Of a stretch of 22,054 nucleotides of DNA, positions 7,044 through 14,753 are shown piece by piece. The number at the start of each line of letters is the position of its first letter. Position 1 is the stretch's first letter. Under the pieces are notes generated by a model, which was not told the DNA's origin, searched no databases, and saw only the letters and a program-made list of their open reading frames with translations. Origin of the DNA: an uncultured bacterium (GTDB taxonomy: Bacteria; Abyssobacteria; SURF-5); the NCBI GenBank assembly GCA_964607485.1, contig CAZSKP010000035.1, forward strand, positions 22,650 to 44,703. Direction: 5' to 3'. The translations under genes and the position numbers were made by a program.

Positions 7044-8501
7044 GTGAATCTTTTCGAGAAAGACGATTTAAGGAATTCGATTTTCGAGGGCGTGTTTGCC
7101 AACGTGTTCGCAACCCTCACGGGAGGCGTGTTCCTCACGGGCTTTGCGCTTTACATGGGGATGGACGAGTTCATGATAGGGCTGTTGGCTTCGATGCCTT
7201 TCATCGTCGCAGCCATCCAGTTGCCGACCTCATTTCTCATGGAGAAGACCGGCAGGAGAAAAGGTTTTTGGTACTGGGGCGCACTGCTTACGAGAGTGAC
7301 GTGGATTCCGGTTCTCATCGTTGCGGTGCTGCCCATCTCGACATCGGGGAAATACGCGGCCGTCCTCGGCCTGATTTTCTTCTCCTACTGCGCCAACTCG
7401 GTCAGCAGCGTCTCGTGGCTCTCCTTGATGTCCGACCTGGTGCCGGACGGAATCCGGGGAAGCTTCTTCGGGACGAGGAGCATGCTGTGCGGCGCTGCCG
7501 GCATGGCCGCAATGCTCGTCTTCGGGAAGGCCCTCGACTTCATGGAGGCCCACGCCCACGGAGGCTCATCGCTGGGATTCGGCGTGGTGTTCGTGGCGGC
7601 CGTACTTTTCGGCGTGGTGAGTTTGCGATTTCTGAAGCGGGTGTCGGAGCCCAAGCTTGCGCAGATTGAAGCCCACCGCTCCTTTGGAAAGGAGTTGACG
7701 CTTCCCTTCAAGGAGCCCAATTTCAATAAGTTCCTGATCTTTGTTTTTCTGTGGAGTTTTTCCGTCTTTTTCGCGGCTCCGTTCTTCACGCTCTATTTTC
7801 TCCAGGACTTGAAGTTCAGCTACGGCTTCATCGCCGCGTTGGCCACGATATCCGGTGTGGCCGACCTGACGGGAATGCGGCTGTGGGGCAGAATTTCCGA
7901 CAGCGTCAGGAATAAGGCGGTCATCCGCTTCTCAAGCTGGGTGGCCATCTTGGTGCCTCTGGCCTGGGTTTTCGTCCGACCCGGCAGTATTGTGTTGCCG
8001 ATTGTTTTCAACGTGATAGGCGGCGGTTTTTGGGCGGGCATCAATCTTTGCATGAACAACCTGCTGCTGGAAATTTCGCCGAAGGAAAACAGGGCCTTGT
8101 TCCTGTCGATGTATAACATCGTCGGAGGATTGGGCGCTGCGGCGAGCCCCATCATCGCGGGCCTGCTCCTCACTTCCATGAACGGACACGTCAGCCTGTG
8201 GCGTTGGGAGGCGCTGCCCATTCAGGTTATCTTCCTGATATCCACCGTGCTCCGATTCCTGAGCTATCAACTGTTCAAGTATGTCCGCGAACCGGAGGAG
8301 GTCGAGCCGGGTCAGGTGGTCAGGATAATTTGGAGTGTCAGGGGATTGAACGTCGCGACCGGATTCAGCTATCTGCTCCATCCGTTCGTCGAGATTGCCA
8401 GAAACAACCGCAAGGGGGCGCACAACGGCGGTCCCGATAAGAGTGAAGAACCCGTTGGCTCGCAAGAGTTGCATCAAGAATGCGGAAGCGCTCGTCTGTG
8501 A
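7044..8501 (+). CDS. MFS transporter
   Basis: About 12 hydrophobic segments; MEKTGRRK and WGRISDSVRNK motif-A-like loops; AGAAGGA RBS before GTG 7044. Confidence 0.88.
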   Translation: MNLFEKDDLRNSIFEGVFANVFATLTGGVFLTGFALYMGMDEFMIGLLASMPFIVAAIQLPTSFLMEKTGRRKGFWYWGALLTRVTWIPVLIVAVLPISTSGKYAAVLGLIFFSYCANSVSSVSWLSLMSDLVPDGIRGSFFGTRSMLCGAAGMAAMLVFGKALDFMEAHAHGGSSLGFGVVFVAAVLFGVVSLRFLKRVSEPKLAQIEAHRSFGKELTLPFKEPNFNKFLIFVFLWSFSVFFAAPFFTLYFLQDLKFSYGFIAALATISGVADLTGMRLWGRISDSVRNKAVIRFSSWVAILVPLAWVFVRPGSIVLPIVFNVIGGGFWAGINLCMNNLLLEISPKENRALFLSMYNIVGGLGAAASPIIAGLLLTSMNGHVSLWRWEALPIQVIFLISTVLRFLSYQLFKYVREPEEVEPGQVVRIIWSVRGLNVATGFSYLLHPFVEIARNNRKGAHNGGPDKSEEPVGSQELHQECGSARL

Positions 8502-8555
8502 TGTGTGCCGGCGTCCAGCCCGCTGAAATGGTTGAACTCAGAAGGGAGGATACAA

Positions 8556-8765
8556 ATGGAACACATGGAACGAGAAATCGGAGAAGCGGCTGGAAAAATC
8601 TGGAACGCGTTGAATGCAAAGGGAGCGATGTCGAAGGCCAGGCTCGCGAAGGTAACAGCGCTCCCGACTGCCCGCGTGGACCAGGGCATCGGCTGGCTCG
8701 CCCGCGAGGGGAAGCTTGCCGGAAAGGAAACAAAACGGGGCGAGCTTCTCTCGTTAAGAGAATAG
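8556..8765 (+). CDS. Small winged helix-turn-helix protein (DUF2582-like), 69 aa
   Basis: IGEAAGKIWNAL...GIGWLAREGK signature; GGAGG RBS before ATG 8556. Confidence 0.85.
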   Translation: MEHMEREIGEAAGKIWNALNAKGAMSKARLAKVTALPTARVDQGIGWLAREGKLAGKETKRGELLSLRE

Positions 8766-8824
8766 TCTGAATCGCGTCTCGCCCGCTACGGCGCGGCCGG
8801 TAAAATTGGGATGAAGGGGATTCG

Positions 8825-8833
8825 TGTTATAAT
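8825..8833 (+). promoter_or_regulatory. Extended -10 promoter element for the K+ uptake genes
   Basis: TGTTATAAT (TGn-TATAAT), about 38 bp upstream of ATG 8871. Confidence 0.5.
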
Positions 8834-8870
8834 AACCCCGGTTGAATAACCGCAATCGAAGAGACCCATA

Positions 8871-10253
8871 ATGTCCCGCTTCGCCGACAAGAAAAACAAC
8901 TTCGGCAGAAGGCCTCTGTCGCCCTCAACTGTCCTCGTGGCGGGTTTTGCCGCAACCATCGCCATCGGAACCTCCCTGCTCATGCTGCCCGGGATGTCCG
9001 TGGAGGGCAGGCTGGGACTCGTGGACGCCCTTTTCACCGCCACATCGGCCGTATGCGTGACGGGATTGGTGGTCGTGGACACGGGCACTCACTTCACGAA
9101 AACCGGCCAGTGGATCATTCTCTTGTTAATCCAAGTCGGAGGACTGGGCATATTCACGTTCTCAACTTTCTTCATGCTCATCCTGAGGGGCAAGACGACG
9201 CTGAAGAGCCGGCTGCTGCTTCAAGAAACGATGACGCATTTTCCCTATCGAAACCTGCTAAGGCTGTTGCGGAACATCCTGCTGTTCACGTTCGGCGCGG
9301 AAGCGCTGGGAGCCCTCTGCCTTTGGCTCGCTCTCAGGGAAAGATTCGGCGCGGCCAGCGCCGCGCACTTTTCCATATTCCATTCTGTGTCCGCCTTCTG
9401 CAATGCCGGATTCTCGCTGTGGACAAACAACCTTGAAGATTATTGCGGCAACGTCCCGGTGTCTTTGACCATCATAGCTCTCATCGTTTTGGGAGGGCTC
9501 GGGTTCACCGTCGTGACGGAGGTCGGCGGAAAACTTCTTCGAAAGCAGTCCGAGTTCAGCCGGCTCTCGTTAAATTCGCGCGTGGTGCTCACGACCACCG
9601 TTTCGCTCATCATCGCGGGCGCTCTGTTGTTCTGGCTTCTGGAACGTTCCAACGCGCTCGCGTCGAGGCCTCATTCCGAGCAGGCGCTGGCATCCGTCTT
9701 CCAGTCGGTCACGGCTCGTACGGCGGGATTCAACACGATACGCACGTCCGACTTGACAGGCGCGACGCTGTTCGTGCTGATCGGCCTGATGTTCATAGGG
9801 GCCTCGCCGGGGTCCGTGGGCGGCGGAGTCAAGACGACAACGTTCGCTATCTACGTCGCGATGGTCGTCTCCTATCTCAGGGGGAAAGAGAACGTGGAGA
9901 TGTTCGGCCGGACGGTCCCCGCTCAGATTTCCTCGAAGGCGACGGCAACTCTTGCAACGTCGTTTGCGCTCGTTGTCGTTTCCGCACTGCTGATTCAGAT
10001 ACTGGAAGGCCACCGGCTCGATTCGCCGACGCACGTGCACTTTCTCGACTGGCTGTTCGAGGTCGTGTCGGCCTATGGAACCGTCGGGCTTTCGACCGGC
10101 GTGACTCCCGCACTCAGCAAGGCCAGCAAGTTGGTCATCGTCGGCACCATGTTTGCCGGGCGCGTCGGCCCGCTCGGGCTGGCCCTTTCTCTGTTCGGAC
10201 GCGAGGCCGCGCAGCGCTTTAAGTATCCGGGAGAAAATGTTATGATCGGTTAG
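8871..10253 (+). CDS. ktrB: TrkH/KtrB-family potassium uptake membrane subunit
   Basis: Four pore-loop glycine motifs (SAVCVTGL, SAFCNAGF, TARTAGF, SAYGTVGLS), plus GASPGSVGGGVKTTT and GRVGPL. Confidence 0.92.
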   Translation: MSRFADKKNNFGRRPLSPSTVLVAGFAATIAIGTSLLMLPGMSVEGRLGLVDALFTATSAVCVTGLVVVDTGTHFTKTGQWIILLLIQVGGLGIFTFSTFFMLILRGKTTLKSRLLLQETMTHFPYRNLLRLLRNILLFTFGAEALGALCLWLALRERFGAASAAHFSIFHSVSAFCNAGFSLWTNNLEDYCGNVPVSLTIIALIVLGGLGFTVVTEVGGKLLRKQSEFSRLSLNSRVVLTTTVSLIIAGALLFWLLERSNALASRPHSEQALASVFQSVTARTAGFNTIRTSDLTGATLFVLIGLMFIGASPGSVGGGVKTTTFAIYVAMVVSYLRGKENVEMFGRTVPAQISSKATATLATSFALVVVSALLIQILEGHRLDSPTHVHFLDWLFEVVSAYGTVGLSTGVTPALSKASKLVIVGTMFAGRVGPLGLALSLFGREAAQRFKYPGENVMIG

Positions 10254-10264
10254 GAGGATGTCGC

Positions 10265-10951
10265 GTGAAAAGGTTCGCCGTTCTGGGTCTCGGCAATTTC
10301 GGCTCGCAACTGGCCCGTTCGCTCGCTCAGAAGGGAGCCGAAGTTCTCGCCATTGACGTTGAAGAAGAGGCCGTGCTTGACATAAAAGACTCGGTCACGC
10401 AGGCCGTCGTGGCAAACGTCTCGGACAAGAAGGCCCTGCTCTCCTTGAACATCGACGCGTTCGACTGCGTCACCGTCAGTCTTGGCGACAAGGTGGGCGC
10501 TTCCATTCTGGTCGCTCAATTTCTCAAGAAGGTGGGCGTGAAGGAAATTCTCGTGAAGGCGATAAACGAGGACCATGCAGAGGCGCTCCAGAACGTGGGC
10601 GCAACAATCGTCGTGTTCCCCGAACGGGACATCGCAATAAAGATTGCCGACAGCCTGCTCACCCCAAACCTCATCGACTTCATTCCGCTCTCGGAAGGTC
10701 ACAGCATAGTCGAGATGACTCCCCCCTCGCAGTGCATCGGGAAGACGCTTTCCGAGATGAGGCTCCGCAACCGTTTCGGCCTGCAGGTGCTGGCCGTGAG
10801 GAGGGTGGCTGACTCAGAGGAGATCGAGATAGGAAAGCTGACTCCCGACTCCATCGTGATTCCGGATGCGACGTTCCGGGTGGAAAAGCACCACGTGCTC
10901 ATCATCATGGGAGAAAACAAGAATATCGAGAAGTTCCGGAAGCTTTCCTGA
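10265..10951 (+). CDS. ktrA: TrkA/KtrA-family RCK regulatory subunit
   Basis: FAVLGLGNFG Rossmann motif, VVFPERD, C-terminal TrkA_C (GKTLSEMRLRNRFGLQVLAV); AGGAGG RBS. Confidence 0.92.
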   Translation: MKRFAVLGLGNFGSQLARSLAQKGAEVLAIDVEEEAVLDIKDSVTQAVVANVSDKKALLSLNIDAFDCVTVSLGDKVGASILVAQFLKKVGVKEILVKAINEDHAEALQNVGATIVVFPERDIAIKIADSLLTPNLIDFIPLSEGHSIVEMTPPSQCIGKTLSEMRLRNRFGLQVLAVRRVADSEEIEIGKLTPDSIVIPDATFRVEKHHVLIIMGENKNIEKFRKLS

Positions 10952-10965
10952 GCGAAGCGATAGCC

Positions 10966-11167
10966 GGGGACAGGTCTTCACGGCTTGCTTCCCAAAGAGT
11001 TTTTCAGACGACATGGGTTCTATATTTTGTCATTGCGAGAAGCGAAGCGACGGAGCAATCCCGATAACATAGGGAAAAATCTCCGGGATTGCTTCGGTCG
11101 GGTCGTTGACCCTCCCTCGCAATGACACCAAATGGTCTGAGCAACACCCCCCTGAAGGCCTGACCTC
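10966..11167. repeat. Nested palindromic REP/MITE-like element, copy 1
   Basis: Outer IR GGGGACAGGTCTTCA (10966-10980)/TGAAGGCCTGACCTC (11153-11167); inner perfect IR TGTCATTGCGAG (11028-11039)/CTCGCAATGACA (11116-11127). Confidence 0.75.
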
Positions 11168-11175
11168 TCTTACCC

Positions 11176-11215
11176 AAAACAAAAGGGAGGCCGCTCCATT
11201 GGAACGGCCTCTCTT
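11176..11215 (-). terminator. Rho-independent terminator of the acyl-CoA dehydrogenase gene
   Basis: On -: AAGAGAGGCCGTTCC-AAT-GGAGCGGCCTCCCTT running into a T-rich tail (TTTTGTTTT), beginning 14 bp after the stop codon. Confidence 0.75.
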
Positions 11216-11228
11216 AATCTGTACGTGC

Positions 11229-13049
11229 TTATACGCTGAAGGCGTTATCAGGTATCTCGATGCAGCTGCGGTCCCTATTCGCGATGACTTTGGCCTTCAT
11301 CTCGACGCCGGGCAGGATGTTGCGTACGAAGAACTGGGCCGAGTGGATCTTGCCGGTATAGAAGGCGAAATCGACGCTGTCCTCGGCGAGACCGTCCATC
11401 TTGTCGGCCGCCACCGCAGCCTGCTCGATGAGCTCGCGGGCCAGCGCCACCTCTCCGAACATGTGCAGGTAGCGGGTGGCAATCGACATCACGTAGTCGA
11501 GGTCTCCCTCCATCGCGAAGCCCGCTATCTTCATGGTCGTTTCGAGCAGGGTCGTCTTCGCAGCGTCGAGCTGCTCGACGAGGTCGCCCACCTTCGCATG
11601 TGCGCGAAGGCCGTTGATGAACTCATCCAGCACGGTCATGTAGTTCTGCATCAGCACGCCGCCGCCGATGTTGAGCTTGCGGCCGATCAGGTCGGCGGCC
11701 TGGATGAAGTTCGTCCCCTCGAATATCATTGCGATTCGCGCGTCGCGGCAGTACTGTTCGACGGGATATTCCTGGCAGTAGCCGTAGCCGCCATAGCACT
11801 GCATGGCGACGGATGTCATGTCGAACGCCATGTCGGAGCAGTAGGCCTTGACCATGGGCGTCATGAGGTCCACGTAGCCCTGATAGAAATTCCGCTTCTC
11901 CTCGTCGGGATGCGCGTGGGCGAGGTCTTCATACATCGCCAGCCGATACGCAAACGCCCTCATCCCTTCAGCCATACACTTCTGCAGGAGAAGCATGCGG
12001 CGCACGTCGGCGTGTTTGATGATGGGCACGCGGGGCGCGTTCGGGTCCTTCATCGCCTTGACATCGACGCCCTGGATGCGTTCCTGCGAATACTGCACGG
12101 CGTTCTCGAATGCGGCGGCCGCGAGCGCGATTCCCTGAAGGCCGGTGGTGATGCGGGCCTCGTTCATCATCTGGAACATCTGCCTCATGCCCTTGTTCTC
12201 CACGTCTCCGAGCAGGTAGCCGCGGCAGGGGCCGTCTTCTCCGAAGTTGAGCGTGCACGTGGCGGAGGCCTTGATTCCCATCTTATGCTCGATGCCGGCG
12301 CAGGTGACGTTGTTGAAATCGCCGATGCTGCCGTCGTTGTTCACCCAGTACTTGGGTACTATGAACTGGCTTATGCCCTTCGTTCCGGGTGGCGCTCCTT
12401 CAATCCTGGCGAGCACGCCGTGGATGATGTTCGGAGTCAGGTCGTGGTCGCCCGATGTGATGAAGCACTTGGTGCCCGTGATGAGATAGGTGTCGCCGTC
12501 CTTCTTCGCCGAGGTGCGTATGTCGCCCACCGCGCTTCCCGCCTGCGGCTCGGTGAGACACATCGTGCCCTGCCACTCGCCGGTGTACAGCTTCTCGCAA
12601 AACAAATCTCGAATCTTGTCGGGACCGAAATTCTCGACCATGTGAGCGACGCCGGGGCCGGGAAAGTAGAGCATGAACGACGTGCACGCTCCGAAGAATA
12701 TCTCTCCGGCGCTCATGGCGATCACGCCCGGAAGCCCCTGTCCGCCCAACTCCGCGCTGTTCGACATCGAGATCCAGCCGTTTTCACAGGCGAGCTTGTA
12801 CGCCTTGTGGAACGCGGGCGGCGCCTTGACGGATCCGTTCTCGTAATGGGCGCCCTCTCGGTCCGCGTCCTGGTTGAGAGGTCCGAGCACCTCCTGCGCG
12901 AACTTGACTGCCTCGCTGATGATCATGTCGAAATCTTCGCGCGAGAAATCCTTGAACTTGTCAAGTTCGCATAGTTGCTCCGCGTTGAGCTGCTCGTTGA
13001 TAACAAAGTCGAGGTCGCGCTTGTTGGCCCGATAAAAATTATTTCCCAT
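11229..13049 (-). CDS. Long (606 aa) acyl-CoA dehydrogenase
   Basis: GTMCLTEPQAGSAVG, GTKCFITSG, EHKMGIKASAT, MMNEAR, QCYGGYGY, IFEGTNFIQA, and a C-terminal extension typical of the ~600-aa subfamily; GGAG RBS. Confidence 0.95.
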   Translation of the reverse strand: MGNNFYRANKRDLDFVINEQLNAEQLCELDKFKDFSREDFDMIISEAVKFAQEVLGPLNQDADREGAHYENGSVKAPPAFHKAYKLACENGWISMSNSAELGGQGLPGVIAMSAGEIFFGACTSFMLYFPGPGVAHMVENFGPDKIRDLFCEKLYTGEWQGTMCLTEPQAGSAVGDIRTSAKKDGDTYLITGTKCFITSGDHDLTPNIIHGVLARIEGAPPGTKGISQFIVPKYWVNNDGSIGDFNNVTCAGIEHKMGIKASATCTLNFGEDGPCRGYLLGDVENKGMRQMFQMMNEARITTGLQGIALAAAAFENAVQYSQERIQGVDVKAMKDPNAPRVPIIKHADVRRMLLLQKCMAEGMRAFAYRLAMYEDLAHAHPDEEKRNFYQGYVDLMTPMVKAYCSDMAFDMTSVAMQCYGGYGYCQEYPVEQYCRDARIAMIFEGTNFIQAADLIGRKLNIGGGVLMQNYMTVLDEFINGLRAHAKVGDLVEQLDAAKTTLLETTMKIAGFAMEGDLDYVMSIATRYLHMFGEVALARELIEQAAVAADKMDGLAEDSVDFAFYTGKIHSAQFFVRNILPGVEMKAKVIANRDRSCIEIPDNAFSV

Positions 13050-13187
13050 TGTTCTCTCTCCTTTGGAGGTCGGCCTGAGACTAACGACAATTTCTCGCTG
13101 GGAGATCGGACCGACTCAGCAGGTCCTACACGGTCATATTCTCACGGAGCGCCTGCTTTGGGGTTTTCGGTCCGTTTCACAATGCAT

Positions 13188-13196
13188 ATTATACCA
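13188..13196 (-). promoter_or_regulatory. Extended -10 promoter for the acyl-CoA dehydrogenase gene
   Basis: TGGTATAAT on -, in an AT-rich patch about 140 bp upstream of the ATG. Confidence 0.55.
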
Positions 13197-13233
13197 GAGA
13201 TTTTGAGAAATTTCCACTTTTTTGTGCAGTGCG

Positions 13234-13341
13234 TCATTTCACGCCGGAACTGCCCGCGGTGCTCACCCCCGCCGTTTGGGCTATTTTCGCGATATCCTTG
13301 ACCTCGATGCTCCCCTCCGAACCTTCGGTCCTGAGGGCGTC
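13234..13341 (-). pseudogene. 3' remnant of a homolog of the Fe-S gene at 14754-15902
   Basis: 13278-13341 matches 14765-14828 at 54/64 nt ungapped. It translates DALRTEGSEGSIEVKDIAKIA versus DALRAEGLEGSIEVKDIAEIA and runs to a TGA at 13234. Confidence 0.7.
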
Positions 13342-13369
13342 GGCGGACTCGGAGGAGGTCATAAGCGCT

Positions 13370-13585
13370 GAGGCGGGTCTTCACGGCACGTTGCCCAAAC
13401 CAGTTCTTGTCATTGCGAGGGAGGGTCAACGACCCGACCGAAGCAATCTCGAAGGCGTTCCCCCCTTGCCATCGGGATTGCTTCGTCGCCCGAGCTTGCA
13501 GCTCTTTGCTCCTCGCAATGACAAGGTACAGGAACGATCTCGTGTGAGAAATCATTCGGGTAACAGGCCATGAAGGCCTGACCCC
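13370..13585. repeat. Nested palindromic REP/MITE-like element, copy 2 (inner part inverted relative to copy 1)
   Basis: Outer IR GAGGCGGGTCTTCA (13370-13383)/TGAAGGCCTGACCCC (13571-13585); inner IR TGTCATTGCGAG (13408-13419)/CTCGCAATGACA (13512-13523). 13408-13448 is the exact reverse complement of 11087-11127. Confidence 0.75.
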
Positions 13586-13606
13586 TCCTTTCGGGCTTTT
13601 CTTGCC

Positions 13607-13936
13607 CTATTCCTGCTTCAGTGTGTCCATGGCAATGGCGCCGTGGGCCATCGAGGCGCCCGCGCTCATGGCGGCGGCGACGATAATCGCCTCTGCGATC
13701 TCGGAGTCGGTGGCGCCGGACTCTTTGGCTTTGCGCGCGTGGCCGTCGATGCAATAGGGGCATCGGGTGATGTGCGCGCAGGCAACCGCGATGAGTTCCT
13801 TCGTCTTCGCGGACAGGTCACCTTCAGCGAAAGCCATCATGTTGAAATTCATGAAGGCTCCCAGCAGGTCGCCCTTCAGCTCCGCAAGCTTGCCTATCGA
13901 AGCCAGCGCGTCCTTGTGATAAAAATGCTCACTCAT
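13607..13936 (-). CDS. Carboxymuconolactone decarboxylase / AhpD-like protein (109 aa)
   Basis: LSAKTKELIAVACAHITRCPYCIDGH...GATDSEIAEAI; CxxC plus His; GGAGG RBS before ATG 13936. Confidence 0.88.
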   Translation of the reverse strand: MSEHFYHKDALASIGKLAELKGDLLGAFMNFNMMAFAEGDLSAKTKELIAVACAHITRCPYCIDGHARKAKESGATDSEIAEAIIVAAAMSAGASMAHGAIAMDTLKQE

Positions 13937-14013
13937 GTTTCCTCCTGCATGCGGTGAAAAGATATCTTCGGTTATCGGCAGTTTCAAAAAGGGTTCCGGT
14001 TGTTCCGACACGC

Positions 14014-14640
14014 TCATAGCCCGAGCGATTCTCTATAGGCGGGCACTGCGGCCAGCGGATTGTGGTCGTTCTGCCTGTCTTTCACGGCCAGTATGGTTAC
14101 CGGCGCCTCTGAGTGCTTGATAAAGATGGTATCATCACCGACGCACAGTCCGACGGCAACGTTCAGGTCGGTCTTGTACTTATTCAGAAGCAGCGCCTGG
14201 CCCACGGGATTGCACTGCGGCTGACGCGCGTCTTTGACGATTTTGTCTTCCTCGCTCAGCCCGATGTCGTCGGAACAGATGCCGCCCGTCATGCAGCAGG
14301 CCGAGACCACCTCGAAGCCGCCCCCTTCGAATACAGCCGAGATCACCTTCGCTTCCTTGAGGAACAAAGCGCAGAACGCCAGCCCCAATCGCTTGAACCC
14401 CATGTTTCCGGCGTAGATCATTGTTTCCTCTATCCGATTCTTGCTCAAGCCGGACTTCTTCCAGGTTCTGGCCACGGCTCTGAGCATCTCGGCGGCCTCG
14501 GGTTCTGCGATGACGCTTCGAACGTCATCGAACGTGCCCGGCGTAATTATCATCGGGCATATTTCCGTGCCCTCCTGGGAGAAACCTTTCATGCATATCC
14601 GTCGAGGACATTCGGCACACTTCGGATACTCCGCTTCCAT
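14014..14640 (-). CDS. DUF1847-family putative metal-binding protein (208 aa)
   Basis: Cys-rich N-terminus, RIEET, KRLGLAFC, CNPVGQALLLN, GLCVGDD, SEAPVTILAVKDR; AAGGAG RBS before ATG 14640. Confidence 0.82.
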   Translation of the reverse strand: MEAEYPKCAECPRRICMKGFSQEGTEICPMIITPGTFDDVRSVIAEPEAAEMLRAVARTWKKSGLSKNRIEETMIYAGNMGFKRLGLAFCALFLKEAKVISAVFEGGGFEVVSACCMTGGICSDDIGLSEEDKIVKDARQPQCNPVGQALLLNKYKTDLNVAVGLCVGDDTIFIKHSEAPVTILAVKDRQNDHNPLAAVPAYRESLGL

Positions 14641-14753
14641 TGTTCTTCTTGCTCCTTTCAAACACTCAGAGCGCGCGCATACTGGGCCTGCGCCTCATTT
14701 GTTCCGGCAAGTAACTCAAAGTCAACTGTCGCCGCGTAATCGACAAGACGCCG

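Noticed and set aside
11106-12974. 622-aa + strand ORF
   Set aside because: Antisense mirror of the acyl-CoA dehydrogenase, expected from high-GC codon bias. The same applies to 3170..4213, 5494..6486, 15879..16706, 18547..19605 and 19923..20915.
13142-13573. ORFs 13142..13555 (-) and 13229..13573 (+)
   Set aside because: They read through the palindromic element, the gene relic and the promoter; not protein-like.
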